From Ignavibacteriales bacterium (lineage in GTDB: Bacteria > Bacillota > Clostridia > Acetivibrionales > UBA4821), in assembly GCA_050260055.1 (NCBI GenBank), contig JBLNBO010000022.1, positions 131,207 through 195,206 of the forward strand: DNA of 64,000 nucleotides, written 5' to 3'. Position numbers and translations under genes: made by a program. Positions within the stretch are counted from its first letter, which is position 1. The number at the start of each line of letters is the position of its first letter. The notes under the pieces are model-generated. The model was not told the DNA's origin and ran no database searches. It saw nothing but the letters and a program-made list of their open reading frames with translations. Below, one piece after another: positions 44,874 through 54,543 of this stretch.

Positions 44874-45944
44874 ATGTTCCAAAGTAGAATTAAGAAGCTT
44901 AGAGATAGCTTTAATAGCAATAATATTGATGCGCTAATTGTAGAAAACCACTATAACGTATATTATCTTTCTGGATTTACTGGTACCAATGGATATTTGC
45001 TCATTGAAAAGGGAAGAAGCTTTTTAATTACTGATTCAAGATACTTAGAACAAGCAAAGATTGAATGCAAAGATTACGAAGTAGTTAATCAAGGGAAGGA
45101 TATTTATGGCACTCTTTTTAACATCCTTGATGAAACAAATATCAAGAATCTTGGATTTGAAGGTAATTATATTACTTTAAAACGATTTGGTGAATATGAA
45201 GAAAGATTGACCGGAATTAATCTGATTTCAGTAAAAGGAGAAATAAAAAAACTCAGAGAAACTAAAGACCTGCAGGAAATCCAAAAAATTAAAACTGCAG
45301 CTAATATTGCAGATATGGCTTTTAATCATATACTTAATTACCTAAAACCAGGGATCACTGAAAATGAAATTTCTCTTGAGATAGAATACTTTATGAAAAA
45401 GCAGGGAGCATCCGAAATATCCTTTGAAACAATAGTTGCTTCTGGGGTAAGGAGTTCTATGCCTCATGGCGTTGCAACTTCAAAAATAATAGAATATGGT
45501 GATACCGTAACTCTTGATTTCGGTTGTATTTATGATAGGTATTGTTCAGATATGACAAGAACAGTATTTATTGGTCAAGCACAGGAGAAAATAAAAGAGA
45601 TTTATAAAATAGTATTAGAAGCACAACAATCTGCTATACAAATGCTGGAGCCTGGTTTGGTGTGTAAAGATGCTGATGCAGAGGCAAGAAGCATAATCAG
45701 CAAGTCCGGTTATGGGCCTAATTTTGGCCATTCACTTGGACACTCACTTGGACTTGAGGTTCATGAGGAACCGTCTTTATCATATAATAGTGAAAAAATA
45801 TTAAAACCAGGTATGGTTGTTACAATTGAACCGGGCATATATCTTGAAGGTATCGGGGGAGTAAGAATAGAAGATTTGATTTTGATAACAGAGAATGGGT
45901 ATGAAAATTTTGTAAGTGCATCAAAGGAAATAATAATAATTTAA
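44874..45944 (+). CDS. M24-family Xaa-Pro aminopeptidase/dipeptidase
   Basis: Creatinase-like N-domain plus the pita-bread fold (HGVATS, DFG, DMTRT, HSLGLEVHE, IEPG, RIED). ATG at 44874 after GGAGG. Same aroQ-pepP-efp synteny as B. subtilis yqhS-yqhT-efp. Confidence 0.85.
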   Translation: MFQSRIKKLRDSFNSNNIDALIVENHYNVYYLSGFTGTNGYLLIEKGRSFLITDSRYLEQAKIECKDYEVVNQGKDIYGTLFNILDETNIKNLGFEGNYITLKRFGEYEERLTGINLISVKGEIKKLRETKDLQEIQKIKTAANIADMAFNHILNYLKPGITENEISLEIEYFMKKQGASEISFETIVASGVRSSMPHGVATSKIIEYGDTVTLDFGCIYDRYCSDMTRTVFIGQAQEKIKEIYKIVLEAQQSAIQMLEPGLVCKDADAEARSIISKSGYGPNFGHSLGHSLGLEVHEEPSLSYNSEKILKPGMVVTIEPGIYLEGIGGVRIEDLILITENGYENFVSASKEIIII

Positions 45945-45967
45945 TGACATAATTTCTGGAGGAAAAA

Positions 45968-46651
45968 ATGGACGAAATATTTTACAATCATAGTTGTACC
46001 TGCCCTATTTGTGATCTTAGTTTTAAAACCAAGAAAGTACATGAAAAGAAGATTAATGTTATAAAGAAAGATGCTGATTTTTGTAAGTATTTTGAAGGAC
46101 CTAACCCATACTTTTATGAAATAAATGTTTGCCCTAATTGTGGTTTTTCTTTTTCAGACAGCTTTAATAAAAAATTAACTCCAGCCAATATTGATAATTT
46201 CGTAAAAGTATTTGCGCCTCAGTGGAATAAGATTAATTATACTGGAGAAAGAGATATTTTTAGGGCTATAGAAACCTACAAACTAGCAATTGTTTGCGGA
46301 CAAATACTTGAAATAAAACCGAGCTCTCTAGCTAAAATATGCCTTAAAATATGCTGGCTTTATCGTCTAAATCAAGATAAAAAACAAGAATTAAAATTTA
46401 TTAAGGGAGCTATAGATTTTTTTGAAAAAGCTTACGAAGTTGAGGACTTTAACAGAAGTGATAGTATGGAACCTGAAATGATAGTATATCTACTTGGAGA
46501 ATTAAATTATAGATTAGGAAACGCCGAAGAAACAAAGAAATGGTTCAATATTGGTTTAACCAAGTACGGGAATAGCGTTTCTGCAAAGAAACAAACAATT
46601 GATGCTATGCGTGAAAGATGGCTTGAAATTAAAGCAGATGTTTCGAAATAG
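45968..46651 (+). CDS. DUF2225 domain-containing protein
   Basis: N-terminal CPICDLSF...CPNCGFSF zinc ribbon and a TPR-like C-terminus. The family call is from memory. Confidence 0.6.
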   Translation: MDEIFYNHSCTCPICDLSFKTKKVHEKKINVIKKDADFCKYFEGPNPYFYEINVCPNCGFSFSDSFNKKLTPANIDNFVKVFAPQWNKINYTGERDIFRAIETYKLAIVCGQILEIKPSSLAKICLKICWLYRLNQDKKQELKFIKGAIDFFEKAYEVEDFNRSDSMEPEMIVYLLGELNYRLGNAEETKKWFNIGLTKYGNSVSAKKQTIDAMRERWLEIKADVSK

Positions 46652-46885
46652 AATAGTAAAATAAGCATAAACTTTAGGATAAGGCTTTGAACTTTATAAC
46701 TTTTCTGAATATCCGAATTTTGAAACTTTTTCTTGAAAATTATACTAATATAAATTAAGATATTGTATGCAATGAACCGAATTTAGAAAAGGAATAATAA
46801 TATGAAAAGCAATAAATAAAAGGAAGAATACAACTGTCATCTAGCCATTGACAACTAGCAACTAAAATAATGGAGGTATATTTTA

Positions 46886-47443
46886 ATGATTTCAGCTGGA
46901 GAATTTAGAAATGGAGTAACTTTTGAACTTGATGGGCAAGTTTATAGAATCGTTGAGTTCCAACACGTAAAACCTGGAAAAGGAGCTGCTTTCGTAAGAA
47001 CAAGATTAAAAAATGTAATGACAGGAAGTGTTGTAGAAAGAACATTTAATCCTTCAGAAAAATTACCAAAAGCACAGATTGAAAGAAGAGATATGCAGTA
47101 TCTATATAATGATGGCGGGTTATATTATTTTATGGATACAGAATCATATGAGCAGATTCCGTTGAATATCGAACAATTCGGAGATGCATTGAAGTTTGTA
47201 AAAGAGAATATGATGGTTAAAATACTTTCATATAAAGGCAATGTATTCGGAGTAGAACCTCCGACCTTTGTTGAACTTGAAATAACTCACACGGAACCAG
47301 GATTTAAAGGAGATACAGCTACTGGCGGGACTAAGCCTGCAACAGTTGAAACAGGAGCGGTAATCCAAGTACCATTATTTGTAGAAATCGGAAATGTAAT
47401 AAAAATTGATACACGTACAGAAACTTATATTGAAAGAGTATAG
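46886..47443 (+). CDS. efp: Elongation factor P
   Basis: [43 protein letters not shown] is canonical EF-P. Confidence 0.95.
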   Translation: MISAGEFRNGVTFELDGQVYRIVEFQHVKPGKGAAFVRTRLKNVMTGSVVERTFNPSEKLPKAQIERRDMQYLYNDGGLYYFMDTESYEQIPLNIEQFGDALKFVKENMMVKILSYKGNVFGVEPPTFVELEITHTEPGFKGDTATGGTKPATVETGAVIQVPLFVEIGNVIKIDTRTETYIERV

Positions 47444-47470
47444 ATGTAAAGTGTAAAGTTTGAAGCAAAA
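47443..47470 (+). repeat. Phased heptamers GATGTAA AGTGTAA AGTTTGA AGCAAAA, starting in the efp stop codon
   Basis: Read directly. Same unit type as the arrays after rpmJ, rpsK and hydB. Confidence 0.65.
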
Positions 47471-47510
47471 ATAAAAAAATAATAGAAGTATATTATAGGA
47501 GGAAAAAGGA

Positions 47511-47915
47511 ATGTCAGTTTTAAAAGAAAAGGTAGCTTATTTAAAAGGCATGGCAAATGGATTAAATCTTGAGGATGGTAAAGACCAAAGCAAAATTGTA
47601 AATGCAATAATTGATGTTTTAGATATTTTTGCAGAAGAATTTACAAGACTTGAAGAATTGCATAATAATATGCAAGAACAGGTAAATATTATTGATGAAG
47701 ATTTAGGAACTTTAGAAGATGAGATTTACGAAGAAGAGGATTATGAAGAAGATTTGATTGAAGCTGTATGTCCGCACTGTGAAGAAACAGTAACCTTTTT
47801 TGAAGATGAAATAAATGAAGACGATGAGGTTGAATGTCCAAAATGTCACAAGACATTTGAAATCGAATGGGAATGTGATGAAGACTGCGGATGCGGCGAG
47901 TGCCATCACGAATAA
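47511..47915 (+). CDS. Acidic zinc-ribbon protein (CD1247-N-terminal-domain-like)
   Basis: N-terminal LKGMANGLNL...VLDIF helix region, acidic linker, CPHC...CPKC ribbon. The family name is from memory. Confidence 0.5.
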   Translation: MSVLKEKVAYLKGMANGLNLEDGKDQSKIVNAIIDVLDIFAEEFTRLEELHNNMQEQVNIIDEDLGTLEDEIYEEEDYEEDLIEAVCPHCEETVTFFEDEINEDDEVECPKCHKTFEIEWECDEDCGCGECHHE

Positions 47916-47928
47916 GAAATTTAATATG

Positions 47929-47957
47929 AAAAAGCCTTAGGGCTTTTTCTTTTTTTT
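47929..47957 (+). terminator. Rho-independent terminator
   Basis: AAAAAGCC-TTAG-GGCTTTTT followed by a T-run. Confidence 0.7.
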
Positions 47958-48022
47958 GAATATTATTTTTTTGCGCTTGCTTGAATATATTTAAATAAAT
48001 ATAGGATTGTAGGAGCAATTGT

Positions 48023-48352
48023 ATGGAAGGACCTTTTTGGGAGTATAGATATCTTTTTCTCTTCGTAGTTCTTATTTTCCTTTTCTATCAATTTGAATGG
48101 CAAAGGTCAAAAGCAATACTTTATGCGTTAATGCTTAAAGCCAAAAAATATTATATAAAAAAAGTTTTTGTAACTGGAAGAGAACAAGAAGAGTGGGTAC
48201 TGGAGAAAGCAATAAAAATTTTACCAATATCGGTAAGATTTTTGCTTAACAAAAATATATTAAGATCAATCATACATGAAATGTATCAAGGACTTGACGC
48301 TTTTTGTATTGATGAAGAATTACGAGGATATTCAGATATTAAAAAACCGTAA
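48023..48352 (+). CDS. Hypothetical small membrane-anchored protein
   Basis: One N-terminal hydrophobic helix. No family recognised. Confidence 0.4.
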   Translation: MEGPFWEYRYLFLFVVLIFLFYQFEWQRSKAILYALMLKAKKYYIKKVFVTGREQEEWVLEKAIKILPISVRFLLNKNILRSIIHEMYQGLDAFCIDEELRGYSDIKKP

Positions 48353-48376
48353 AAAAAAACCTGCAAGCAGGTCGGA
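48350..48376. terminator. Bidirectional terminator (mainly serving corA on the minus strand)
   Basis: A9 run, ACCTGC-AA-GCAGGT. On the minus strand the stem is followed by T9. Confidence 0.65.
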
Positions 48377-48378
48377 TT

Positions 48379-49311
48379 TTAAAACATGTTCCTTTTCTGA
48401 AGGAATATTATTGATATTACACATAACACAAGAGAAATTCCTAATATAATGTTAAATGCATATGGCATATGTGCAAGCGGGTTTGTCACATTCATCCCAA
48501 AGAAGCTAGATACCATAGTAGGTATAGCAATAATTATTGTGATAGATGCAAGGAATTTCATTACTATATTAACGTTATTAGAAATTATTGATGCAAAAGC
48601 ATCCATAGTACCGCTTAGTATACTACTATAAATGTTGGCCATTTCTATGGCCTGCTTATTTTCAATGATAACATCTTCAAGAAGCTCGGTATCATCAGGA
48701 TATTTTTTTACGTAGTCTAATTTCAGCATTTTTTCCAGAACAATTTCATTAGCTTTAAGAGAAGTAGAAAAATAAACAAGACTTTTTTCCAGCTTCATTA
48801 ATTGCAATAATTCTTTATTTCTCATTGACTCGTGAAGCTCATGCTCAATCCTGCTGGAAATCTTATCAATATGTCTAAGATATATAAGATACAGGGTTGC
48901 GTTTCTATACAAAATCTGAAATAAAAATCTACTTTTATAAGAAGTATAAAAGTTTTTCACCCTGCTGTTCTTAAAGTCTTTAATAACTGGATTCTCTTTT
49001 AAGCATATGGTTACTATACTTTCATTGGTATAGATTATACCTAAAGGGATTGTATAATAAACATTTGTATTCTCTTCTTTTTCAATTACTGGCGTATCGA
49101 CAAGGATTATTGTTTGACCATTTTCATACTCGATTCTGGAACGCTCTTCTTCATCCAATGGAGCATGTAAATATTCAATTTCAATCTTCAATCCTTCGCT
49201 AACTGTTTTTATTTCTTCTGGAGTAGGATCAATTAGGTTTACCCAAACCCCATCTTCGAAATGGTCAAGTTCTTGGAGCTGGTCTTTTACTGTCTTGAAA
49301 ATCTCGAGCAT
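48379..49311 (-). CDS. corA: CorA-family magnesium transporter
   Basis: Two C-terminal TM segments with FFGMNV (GMN motif). ATG at 49311 after a GAAGGTG RBS. Preceded by an M-box. Confidence 0.9.
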   Translation of the reverse strand: MLEIFKTVKDQLQELDHFEDGVWVNLIDPTPEEIKTVSEGLKIEIEYLHAPLDEEERSRIEYENGQTIILVDTPVIEKEENTNVYYTIPLGIIYTNESIVTICLKENPVIKDFKNSRVKNFYTSYKSRFLFQILYRNATLYLIYLRHIDKISSRIEHELHESMRNKELLQLMKLEKSLVYFSTSLKANEIVLEKMLKLDYVKKYPDDTELLEDVIIENKQAIEMANIYSSILSGTMDAFASIISNNVNIVMKFLASITIIIAIPTMVSSFFGMNVTNPLAHMPYAFNIILGISLVLCVISIIFLQKRNMF

Positions 49312-49350
49312 TTTTACACCTTCTTTCCTGTTTCTTAGGCGCAAAAAAGG

Positions 49351-49455
49351 TTAATGCCACTCTCCAAAGTTTATTGAAGGAGATACAGACATGAGAGCTA
49401 ACCCTTTTGCATCAAAAGTTAATTTTATAATATTACTACTAGGGTCACTATCCAT
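49351..49455 (-). CDS. Unannotated 34-aa small ORF between the M-box and corA (MDSDPSSNIIKLTFDAKGLALMSVSPSINFGEWH)
   Basis: Hand translation. Strong GGAGGTGG RBS 8 nt upstream of the ATG. The stop is 37 nt before the corA ATG. Coding status unproven. Confidence 0.4.
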   Translation of the reverse strand: MDSDPSSNIIKLTFDAKGLALMSVSPSINFGEWH

Positions 49456-49520
49456 GCTAACCACCTCCAAAGAAATTTATAATTAACAATTAAAACAATT
49501 TTAAAAAGCAGTAAAACCGA

Positions 49521-49559
49521 AAATAAAAAATCCTTCTACAGCGAGCGAAGAAAGGATAA
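49521..49559 (-). terminator. Intrinsic terminator of the M-box expression platform
   Basis: Minus strand ATCCTTTC-TTCGCTCGCTGTA-GAAGGAT followed by TTTTTTATTTT. The alternative pairing GAGCGAGGATAA / TTATCC..TCGCTC overlaps it. Confidence 0.7.
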
Positions 49560-49577
49560 TAAACAAAACAAATATTT

Positions 49578-49733
49578 TATCCTCGCTCGTTTAGCTTTAG
49601 CACTATACAACTTTGGATTTCATCCAGCTGCGTTAAGTAAAACCTTATTCCGATAGTACTTGTTCACCCTTTGGCATCTCTCGATGTTCCAGGGTAGCAG
49701 CATTTATCTGTATAGTAACCTCACCTAACAAAG
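49578..49733 (-). promoter_or_regulatory. M-box (ykoK-leader) Mg2+ riboswitch
   Basis: The minus strand contains GTTAGGTGAGG, GCTGCTACCCTGGAACATCGAGAGATGCCAAAGGGTGAAC, TAAGG and CTAAAGCTAAACGAGCGAGG, matching conserved M-box blocks. It is upstream of corA. Confidence 0.85.
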
Positions 49734-49749
49734 ATATTTGTATCATACT

Positions 49750-49778
49750 AATTATATACGCGACTTTACATAATTACA
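49750..49778 (-). promoter_or_regulatory. Putative sigma-A promoter driving the M-box-corA transcript
   Basis: Minus strand TTGTAA, 17 nt, TATAAT, about 20 nt upstream of the M-box start. Confidence 0.55.
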
Positions 49779-49924
49779 ACAAATTTGCAAGAATTAATCG
49801 AAATTTAACTATTTCTGCGTAATATTTTCTAAAATCAATCATACGCAAAGATTATTATTAAATTTATTAAGATTAATAGATTTTACCATAAATTATTCAG
49901 ATTATCTAAAAAAGTGTCTGGTCA

Positions 49925-50809
49925 TTATCTTTTTTTAAACCTGAAAGAGAAAATCTTTGATGTGTTTATATTGACATTAACTATTGAGAATATTATTAAT
50001 ATACTTCCTATTACTGCTAGAAGGCTAAGTACATTATTAAACACCAAATATGAAACAAGAATACTGAAGATTGGCGTGGTAGAGAAAATTATGCCTGTAC
50101 GTAAAGGAGAAATATATTTTTGCCCATAGTTTTGCAGGGAGAAAGCCACCCCTGAACAAAATACGCCGCTCAATATTACAGCAAGCGTACTTGCAGAAGA
50201 AAAGGCTGCCGAGCTTCGTTCAGTAATAGCTGAAAAAGACAAACATATAATTGATGTTGCGATAAGTTCAATGATTGATATTAATATAGGTACATGCTTT
50301 TTCACAAGATTTCCTATAAGGATAGTCTGAATAGAGAATGCTGCAGCAGCAAGAATGGTTAGAAGCGTACCGATATTAAATTCAAACGAGATTCCATTGT
50401 GATTTATTAATATTAATCCAATAAATGCGCAAAGAAGGCTGATTACTTCATTAGGTTCCATAGCTTTTCTTGTAAGGAAAAAACAAAATATTGGAATAAA
50501 AATTGTTTCAAAGCTTATAAGCAAGCCTGACTTAATGGGGGTAATATATTGCAATCCCAGAATCTCTAAAATTGATCCTAGAGATAAGAAAATTGAAGTG
50601 ATTAAGGAAAAGTAAACTATGCTTCTGTTTATGAATTTAAGTTTTTTTCTGAATACAAAAGCAATAATAATTCCACCAATTAAATAGCTAATTCCCAGAA
50701 AAAGCAGGGGCGGAATACTTCCTAACCCTATTTTGTTAACCGTAGGAGTGCATCCCCAGAAAAAACAAGTAGCGATAATCGCCAGAGTGCCTTTTGATGA
50801 ATCCTTCAC
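49925..50809 (-). CDS. DMT-superfamily (EamA-like) transporter
   Basis: Ten hydrophobic helices in two repeated halves, 294 aa. Confidence 0.75.
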   Translation of the reverse strand: MKDSSKGTLAIIATCFFWGCTPTVNKIGLGSIPPLLFLGISYLIGGIIIAFVFRKKLKFINRSIVYFSLITSIFLSLGSILEILGLQYITPIKSGLLISFETIFIPIFCFFLTRKAMEPNEVISLLCAFIGLILINHNGISFEFNIGTLLTILAAAAFSIQTILIGNLVKKHVPILISIIELIATSIICLSFSAITERSSAAFSSASTLAVILSGVFCSGVAFSLQNYGQKYISPLRTGIIFSTTPIFSILVSYLVFNNVLSLLAVIGSILIIFSIVNVNINTSKIFSFRFKKR

Positions 50810-50958
50810 AAAGTTAAGCTCCTTTCCAAGGTAATTATATTAGTAGATTAAATATTCAACTTTTTATTACAATTTCCTTCAAAATAGTTGTAAATTCGAA
50901 AACAAAAAGTATGAATTTGGACATAATATTTAATAAATTTATTATGGAGATAGTAAAA

Positions 50959-51678
50959 GTGAAAATTCTTATGCCAAACATTGATATTGTTTTAAGAAAT
51001 GTGTCTGCTATTTTAATATTATTTATACTTGCTCGCCTTATGGGTAAAAAGCAGATTTCCCAGCTTAATTTTTTTGATTATGTAGTAGGTATATCAATTG
51101 GTTCGATTGCTGCGGCTTTTTCTGTTGATAGAAAGATTTCTTATTTTGAAGGGGTAATAAGTTTGGTTATTTGGTCGGTTCTTTCTATTTTTGTTGCATA
51201 TTTGTCTTTAAAGAGCCTAAAAGCACGTAAACTCCTAGAGGGAGAATTACGGATTCTTATTGAAAATGGAAGAATAATTGAAGAAAACTTAAGAAAAGAA
51301 AGATTCAATATTAATGATTTGGTTGAAGAGCTTAGAATGAAAGGGATATTCAATCTTTCAGATGTCGAATTTGCACTGCTTGAAACCAGTGGAAGAGTTA
51401 GTGTAAAACTAAAATCCCAAAAGCAGCCGGTTACTCCATACGATATTGGAATTCCAACTACTTATCAAGGACTAAGCACAAACCTTATAATAGATGGAGA
51501 GATAATAAAAGAGAATCTCGCATATGTGAAATTGGATGAGGCATGGCTAAAAAGTGAATTGAATAAAAAGAATATACATTCATTTAAAGAAGTTCTGCTT
51601 GCATCTCTAGATACGGAAGGGAGTCTTTATATTTCTTTGAAGAACAAGAAACAAAAAGATACAAAAGAATCTAATTGA
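50959..51678 (+). CDS. DUF421 (YetF-family) membrane protein, second paralog
   Basis: ...ARLMGKKQISQLNFFDYV... and the same overall layout as the gene at 8860. Start uncertain (GTG 50959 after GGAGA, or ATG 50971). Confidence 0.7.
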   Translation: MKILMPNIDIVLRNVSAILILFILARLMGKKQISQLNFFDYVVGISIGSIAAAFSVDRKISYFEGVISLVIWSVLSIFVAYLSLKSLKARKLLEGELRILIENGRIIEENLRKERFNINDLVEELRMKGIFNLSDVEFALLETSGRVSVKLKSQKQPVTPYDIGIPTTYQGLSTNLIIDGEIIKENLAYVKLDEAWLKSELNKKNIHSFKEVLLASLDTEGSLYISLKNKKQKDTKESN

Positions 51679-51756
51679 AGTAAAGATTTATTTGTATGTA
51701 TGAATCTGTTATTTTATAATATAGAAAAGATTAACATATCTTAAGGAGGATTAAAA

Positions 51757-52755
51757 TTGAAACGAATAATTACTTTACTTTCGGTAATTTTATTAATATG
51801 TTCTTTAATGCTAGGCTGTCAAAAGGTGCAGAATCCTTTAAATCCAAACAACGTAGAAAAAAAACAAGTCATAAATATAGCTGGGCTGCAAGGGCCAACG
51901 TCAATGGGCATGATTAAGATGATTGAAGAAAAGCCTTCCTTAGGTGCCAATGTCGATTCTAATTATGAGATAGCAAAAACGCCGGACATTCTAGTTTCAA
52001 AGCTTATTTCCAAGGAGTTTGACATAGCCACAGTTCCGACAAATCTTGCAGTTAAGCTTTATAATAAGGGTATTGATTATAAATTAGCTGCTATGAATAC
52101 ATGGGGAGTACTATATATTGTTGGCAGTGAAGAAGGTATTAAACAATGGAAGGACTTAAAAGGTAAAACAATCAATTCAGTTGGAAAAGGAACAACACCA
52201 GATATTGCTATTAGGTATTTGCTTGATAAAAATGGGCTTAATCCTGATAAAGATGTAACCGTAGATTATACAATTGCGCAGGTGGAACTTGCACAGGCAG
52301 TAATAGCAGGAAAAATAAAACTAGCTATTCTCCCGGAACCTTTCGTAACGATGGTTATGACTAAAAATCCAAAAGTAAAAATTATTTTTGATATACAGAA
52401 AGAATGGGATAAAGCATCCAAGACTACAGGCGAATTTGCTCAAACATGTTTGCTGGTTAAAGGAGACCTTGCAAAGAATAATCCCGCCGTTGTGAATACA
52501 TTCCTTGAAGAATATAAAAAGTCTACAGAATGGGTAAATGCTAACAAAGCAGAAGCTGGTCAGCTTGTTGAAAAAAATAATATTGGAATAAAAGCTAAAG
52601 TTGCTGAATTATCTATTCCACGCTGTAATATTAGATATGAAGATGCTGTGACTGCAAAACCCAAAATTAATAGTTTTCTTGAAATAATCTTAAAATACTC
52701 ACCTAATGATATTGGAGGAAAAATTCCAGATGAAGGGTTCTACTATAAAAAATAG
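51757..52755 (+). CDS. ABC transporter substrate-binding lipoprotein (NMT1/THI5-like, NitT/TauT family)
   Basis: Lipobox LMLGC, periplasmic-binding-protein-like sequence, followed by a permease and an ATPase. Confidence 0.75.
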   Translation: MKRIITLLSVILLICSLMLGCQKVQNPLNPNNVEKKQVINIAGLQGPTSMGMIKMIEEKPSLGANVDSNYEIAKTPDILVSKLISKEFDIATVPTNLAVKLYNKGIDYKLAAMNTWGVLYIVGSEEGIKQWKDLKGKTINSVGKGTTPDIAIRYLLDKNGLNPDKDVTVDYTIAQVELAQAVIAGKIKLAILPEPFVTMVMTKNPKVKIIFDIQKEWDKASKTTGEFAQTCLLVKGDLAKNNPAVVNTFLEEYKKSTEWVNANKAEAGQLVEKNNIGIKAKVAELSIPRCNIRYEDAVTAKPKINSFLEIILKYSPNDIGGKIPDEGFYYKK

Positions 52756-53482
52756 TATATTAACCTTTATTTCCTTTTTATTTGTTATTGTTATATGGAA
52801 ATTAGCTTCGATAATGGTAGACTCCGAGATAATAATTCCATCTCCAGAGTCTACTATTAACAGCATTGCATTAATAGTAACATCGCCCGATTTTCTAAGG
52901 GTTGTCGTTGAGACTGTATTCAGGGTATTAGAGGCCTTTTTAATAGCATGTTTTGCAGGAATTACATCAGGATTGCTAATGGGGTTCAGTAAAACAATTA
53001 ATGCGCTTTTTAAACCATTACTTATAGTAATTATGTCTGCTCCGGTTATTTCTTTTATACTTCTTGCACTTATTTGGTTTAAAGCAGGGCAGATACCGGT
53101 ATTCGTAGCTTTCTTGATAATATTCCCTATTATAACCATCAATGTTAGTGAAGGGATTAAGAATATTGACTTAAAACTTATTCAAATGGCCAAATCTTAT
53201 AGGGTAAAAGGGATAAGAATTTTAACAGAAATCTATTTGCCTTCAATAATGTCTTTTTTGGTAGCTGGAATATCAACTGCGGTTGGAATAGGATGGAAAG
53301 TTGTTGTTACAGCTGAGGTTTTGAGCCAGCCTAAATTTGCTATAGGAACAAGCATGGAAACAGCAAAGGTGTATCTTGAAACTCCGACTGTTTTTGCATG
53401 GACAATAATTGCAATACTACTTAGCTTTTTGTTTGAGAAGTCAATCAGGCTGTTGGAAGCCCGAATGTTTAAATGGAGATAA
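52730..53482 (+). CDS. ABC transporter permease (NitT/TauT family)
   Basis: Six TM helices. The EAA-like loop region is (AKSYRVKGIRILTEIYLPS). Confidence 0.8.
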   Translation: MKGSTIKNSILTFISFLFVIVIWKLASIMVDSEIIIPSPESTINSIALIVTSPDFLRVVVETVFRVLEAFLIACFAGITSGLLMGFSKTINALFKPLLIVIMSAPVISFILLALIWFKAGQIPVFVAFLIIFPIITINVSEGIKNIDLKLIQMAKSYRVKGIRILTEIYLPSIMSFLVAGISTAVGIGWKVVVTAEVLSQPKFAIGTSMETAKVYLETPTVFAWTIIAILLSFLFEKSIRLLEARMFKWR

Positions 53483-53486
53483 AATA

Positions 53487-54197
53487 ATGAGCCTCAATAT
53501 TAAAAACTTAAGTAAAAGCTTTGGAAAGTTAACAGTTTTTAAGGATTTCAACCTTGAGATACCAGAAGGTCAGATTACCTGCATTCTTGGTCCTTCAGGC
53601 TGTGGAAAAACTACTCTCTTAAATATAATTGGCGGCTTGGAAGAACCGGATTCAGGTGAGTTGAAGGGTTTCGAGAGTAAGGTTATTTCTTATATTTTTC
53701 AGGAGCCGAGGTTAATAAGGTGGAAAACTGTTTGGGATAATATTGACTTTGTGATTAAAGATTCTCATTCAAAGGAAGAAAGAAATAATCTTATAAATAA
53801 ATATCTTGAAATAGTCGGACTTGCAGATTTCAAAGATTATTATCCTGACAGACTTAGCGGAGGAATGATGCAGAGAACTGCAATTGCAAGGGCTTTTGTT
53901 TATCCGGCTGATTTATTGATAATGGATGAACCTTTCAAAGGGCTTGATTTAAAGCTTAAGATATCAGTTATGGATTCTTTTATTAAACTGTGGAAGGCCG
54001 ATAAGAGAACGGCAGTATTTGTTACGCATGATATTGACGAAGCATTGTATATGGGGGATGAAATATATGTTCTAAGCAGTCTGCCTGCCCAGATAAGAAA
54101 AGAATATTTTAACCAAGTTGGCAGGGAGGATAGAAAGTTTCGTGACAGCCGAAACTTTGAAGCTGAAGGCAAATTTTTTGAATTAATTACTAGCTAA
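53487..54197 (+). CDS. ABC transporter ATP-binding protein
   Basis: Walker A GPSGCGKTT, signature LSGGMMQR, Walker B LLIMDEP. Confidence 0.9.
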   Translation: MSLNIKNLSKSFGKLTVFKDFNLEIPEGQITCILGPSGCGKTTLLNIIGGLEEPDSGELKGFESKVISYIFQEPRLIRWKTVWDNIDFVIKDSHSKEERNNLINKYLEIVGLADFKDYYPDRLSGGMMQRTAIARAFVYPADLLIMDEPFKGLDLKLKISVMDSFIKLWKADKRTAVFVTHDIDEALYMGDEIYVLSSLPAQIRKEYFNQVGREDRKFRDSRNFEAEGKFFELITS

Positions 54198-54262
54198 TCA
54201 TTCCTTTTTTTCTGTAAAAATGGTAGAATGAATATAAATACAAAAGATAAGGTAAATGTGAA

Positions 54263-54478
54263 ATGGCATTAAAAACCCAAAAGAGAACAACAGCATATTA
54301 TCTTAAGAGATGTATAGAATCAATGCCTTTAAGCGGGAAAGATGTATGCCCCTGGTGCAGGGTGGAACCTTCAGTGATTCTTGCATGCAATGCTAAAAAT
54401 GGCACAACCTTGTTTTTAAAAAAATGTAATACTTGCGGGAGCTTTATAAGAATTTATAGAAAAAGTAGTGATATTTAA
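54263..54478 (+). CDS. Hypothetical small zinc-ribbon protein
   Basis: CPWC ... CNTC pairs, 71 aa. No family recognised. Confidence 0.4.
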   Translation: MALKTQKRTTAYYLKRCIESMPLSGKDVCPWCRVEPSVILACNAKNGTTLFLKKCNTCGSFIRIYRKSSDI

Positions 54479-54543
54479 TCTGATTGGGAATATTAATAAT
54501 GCTTGCGTATGCAGGCATTTTGTTTTAAGGTGGAGATAATTTT

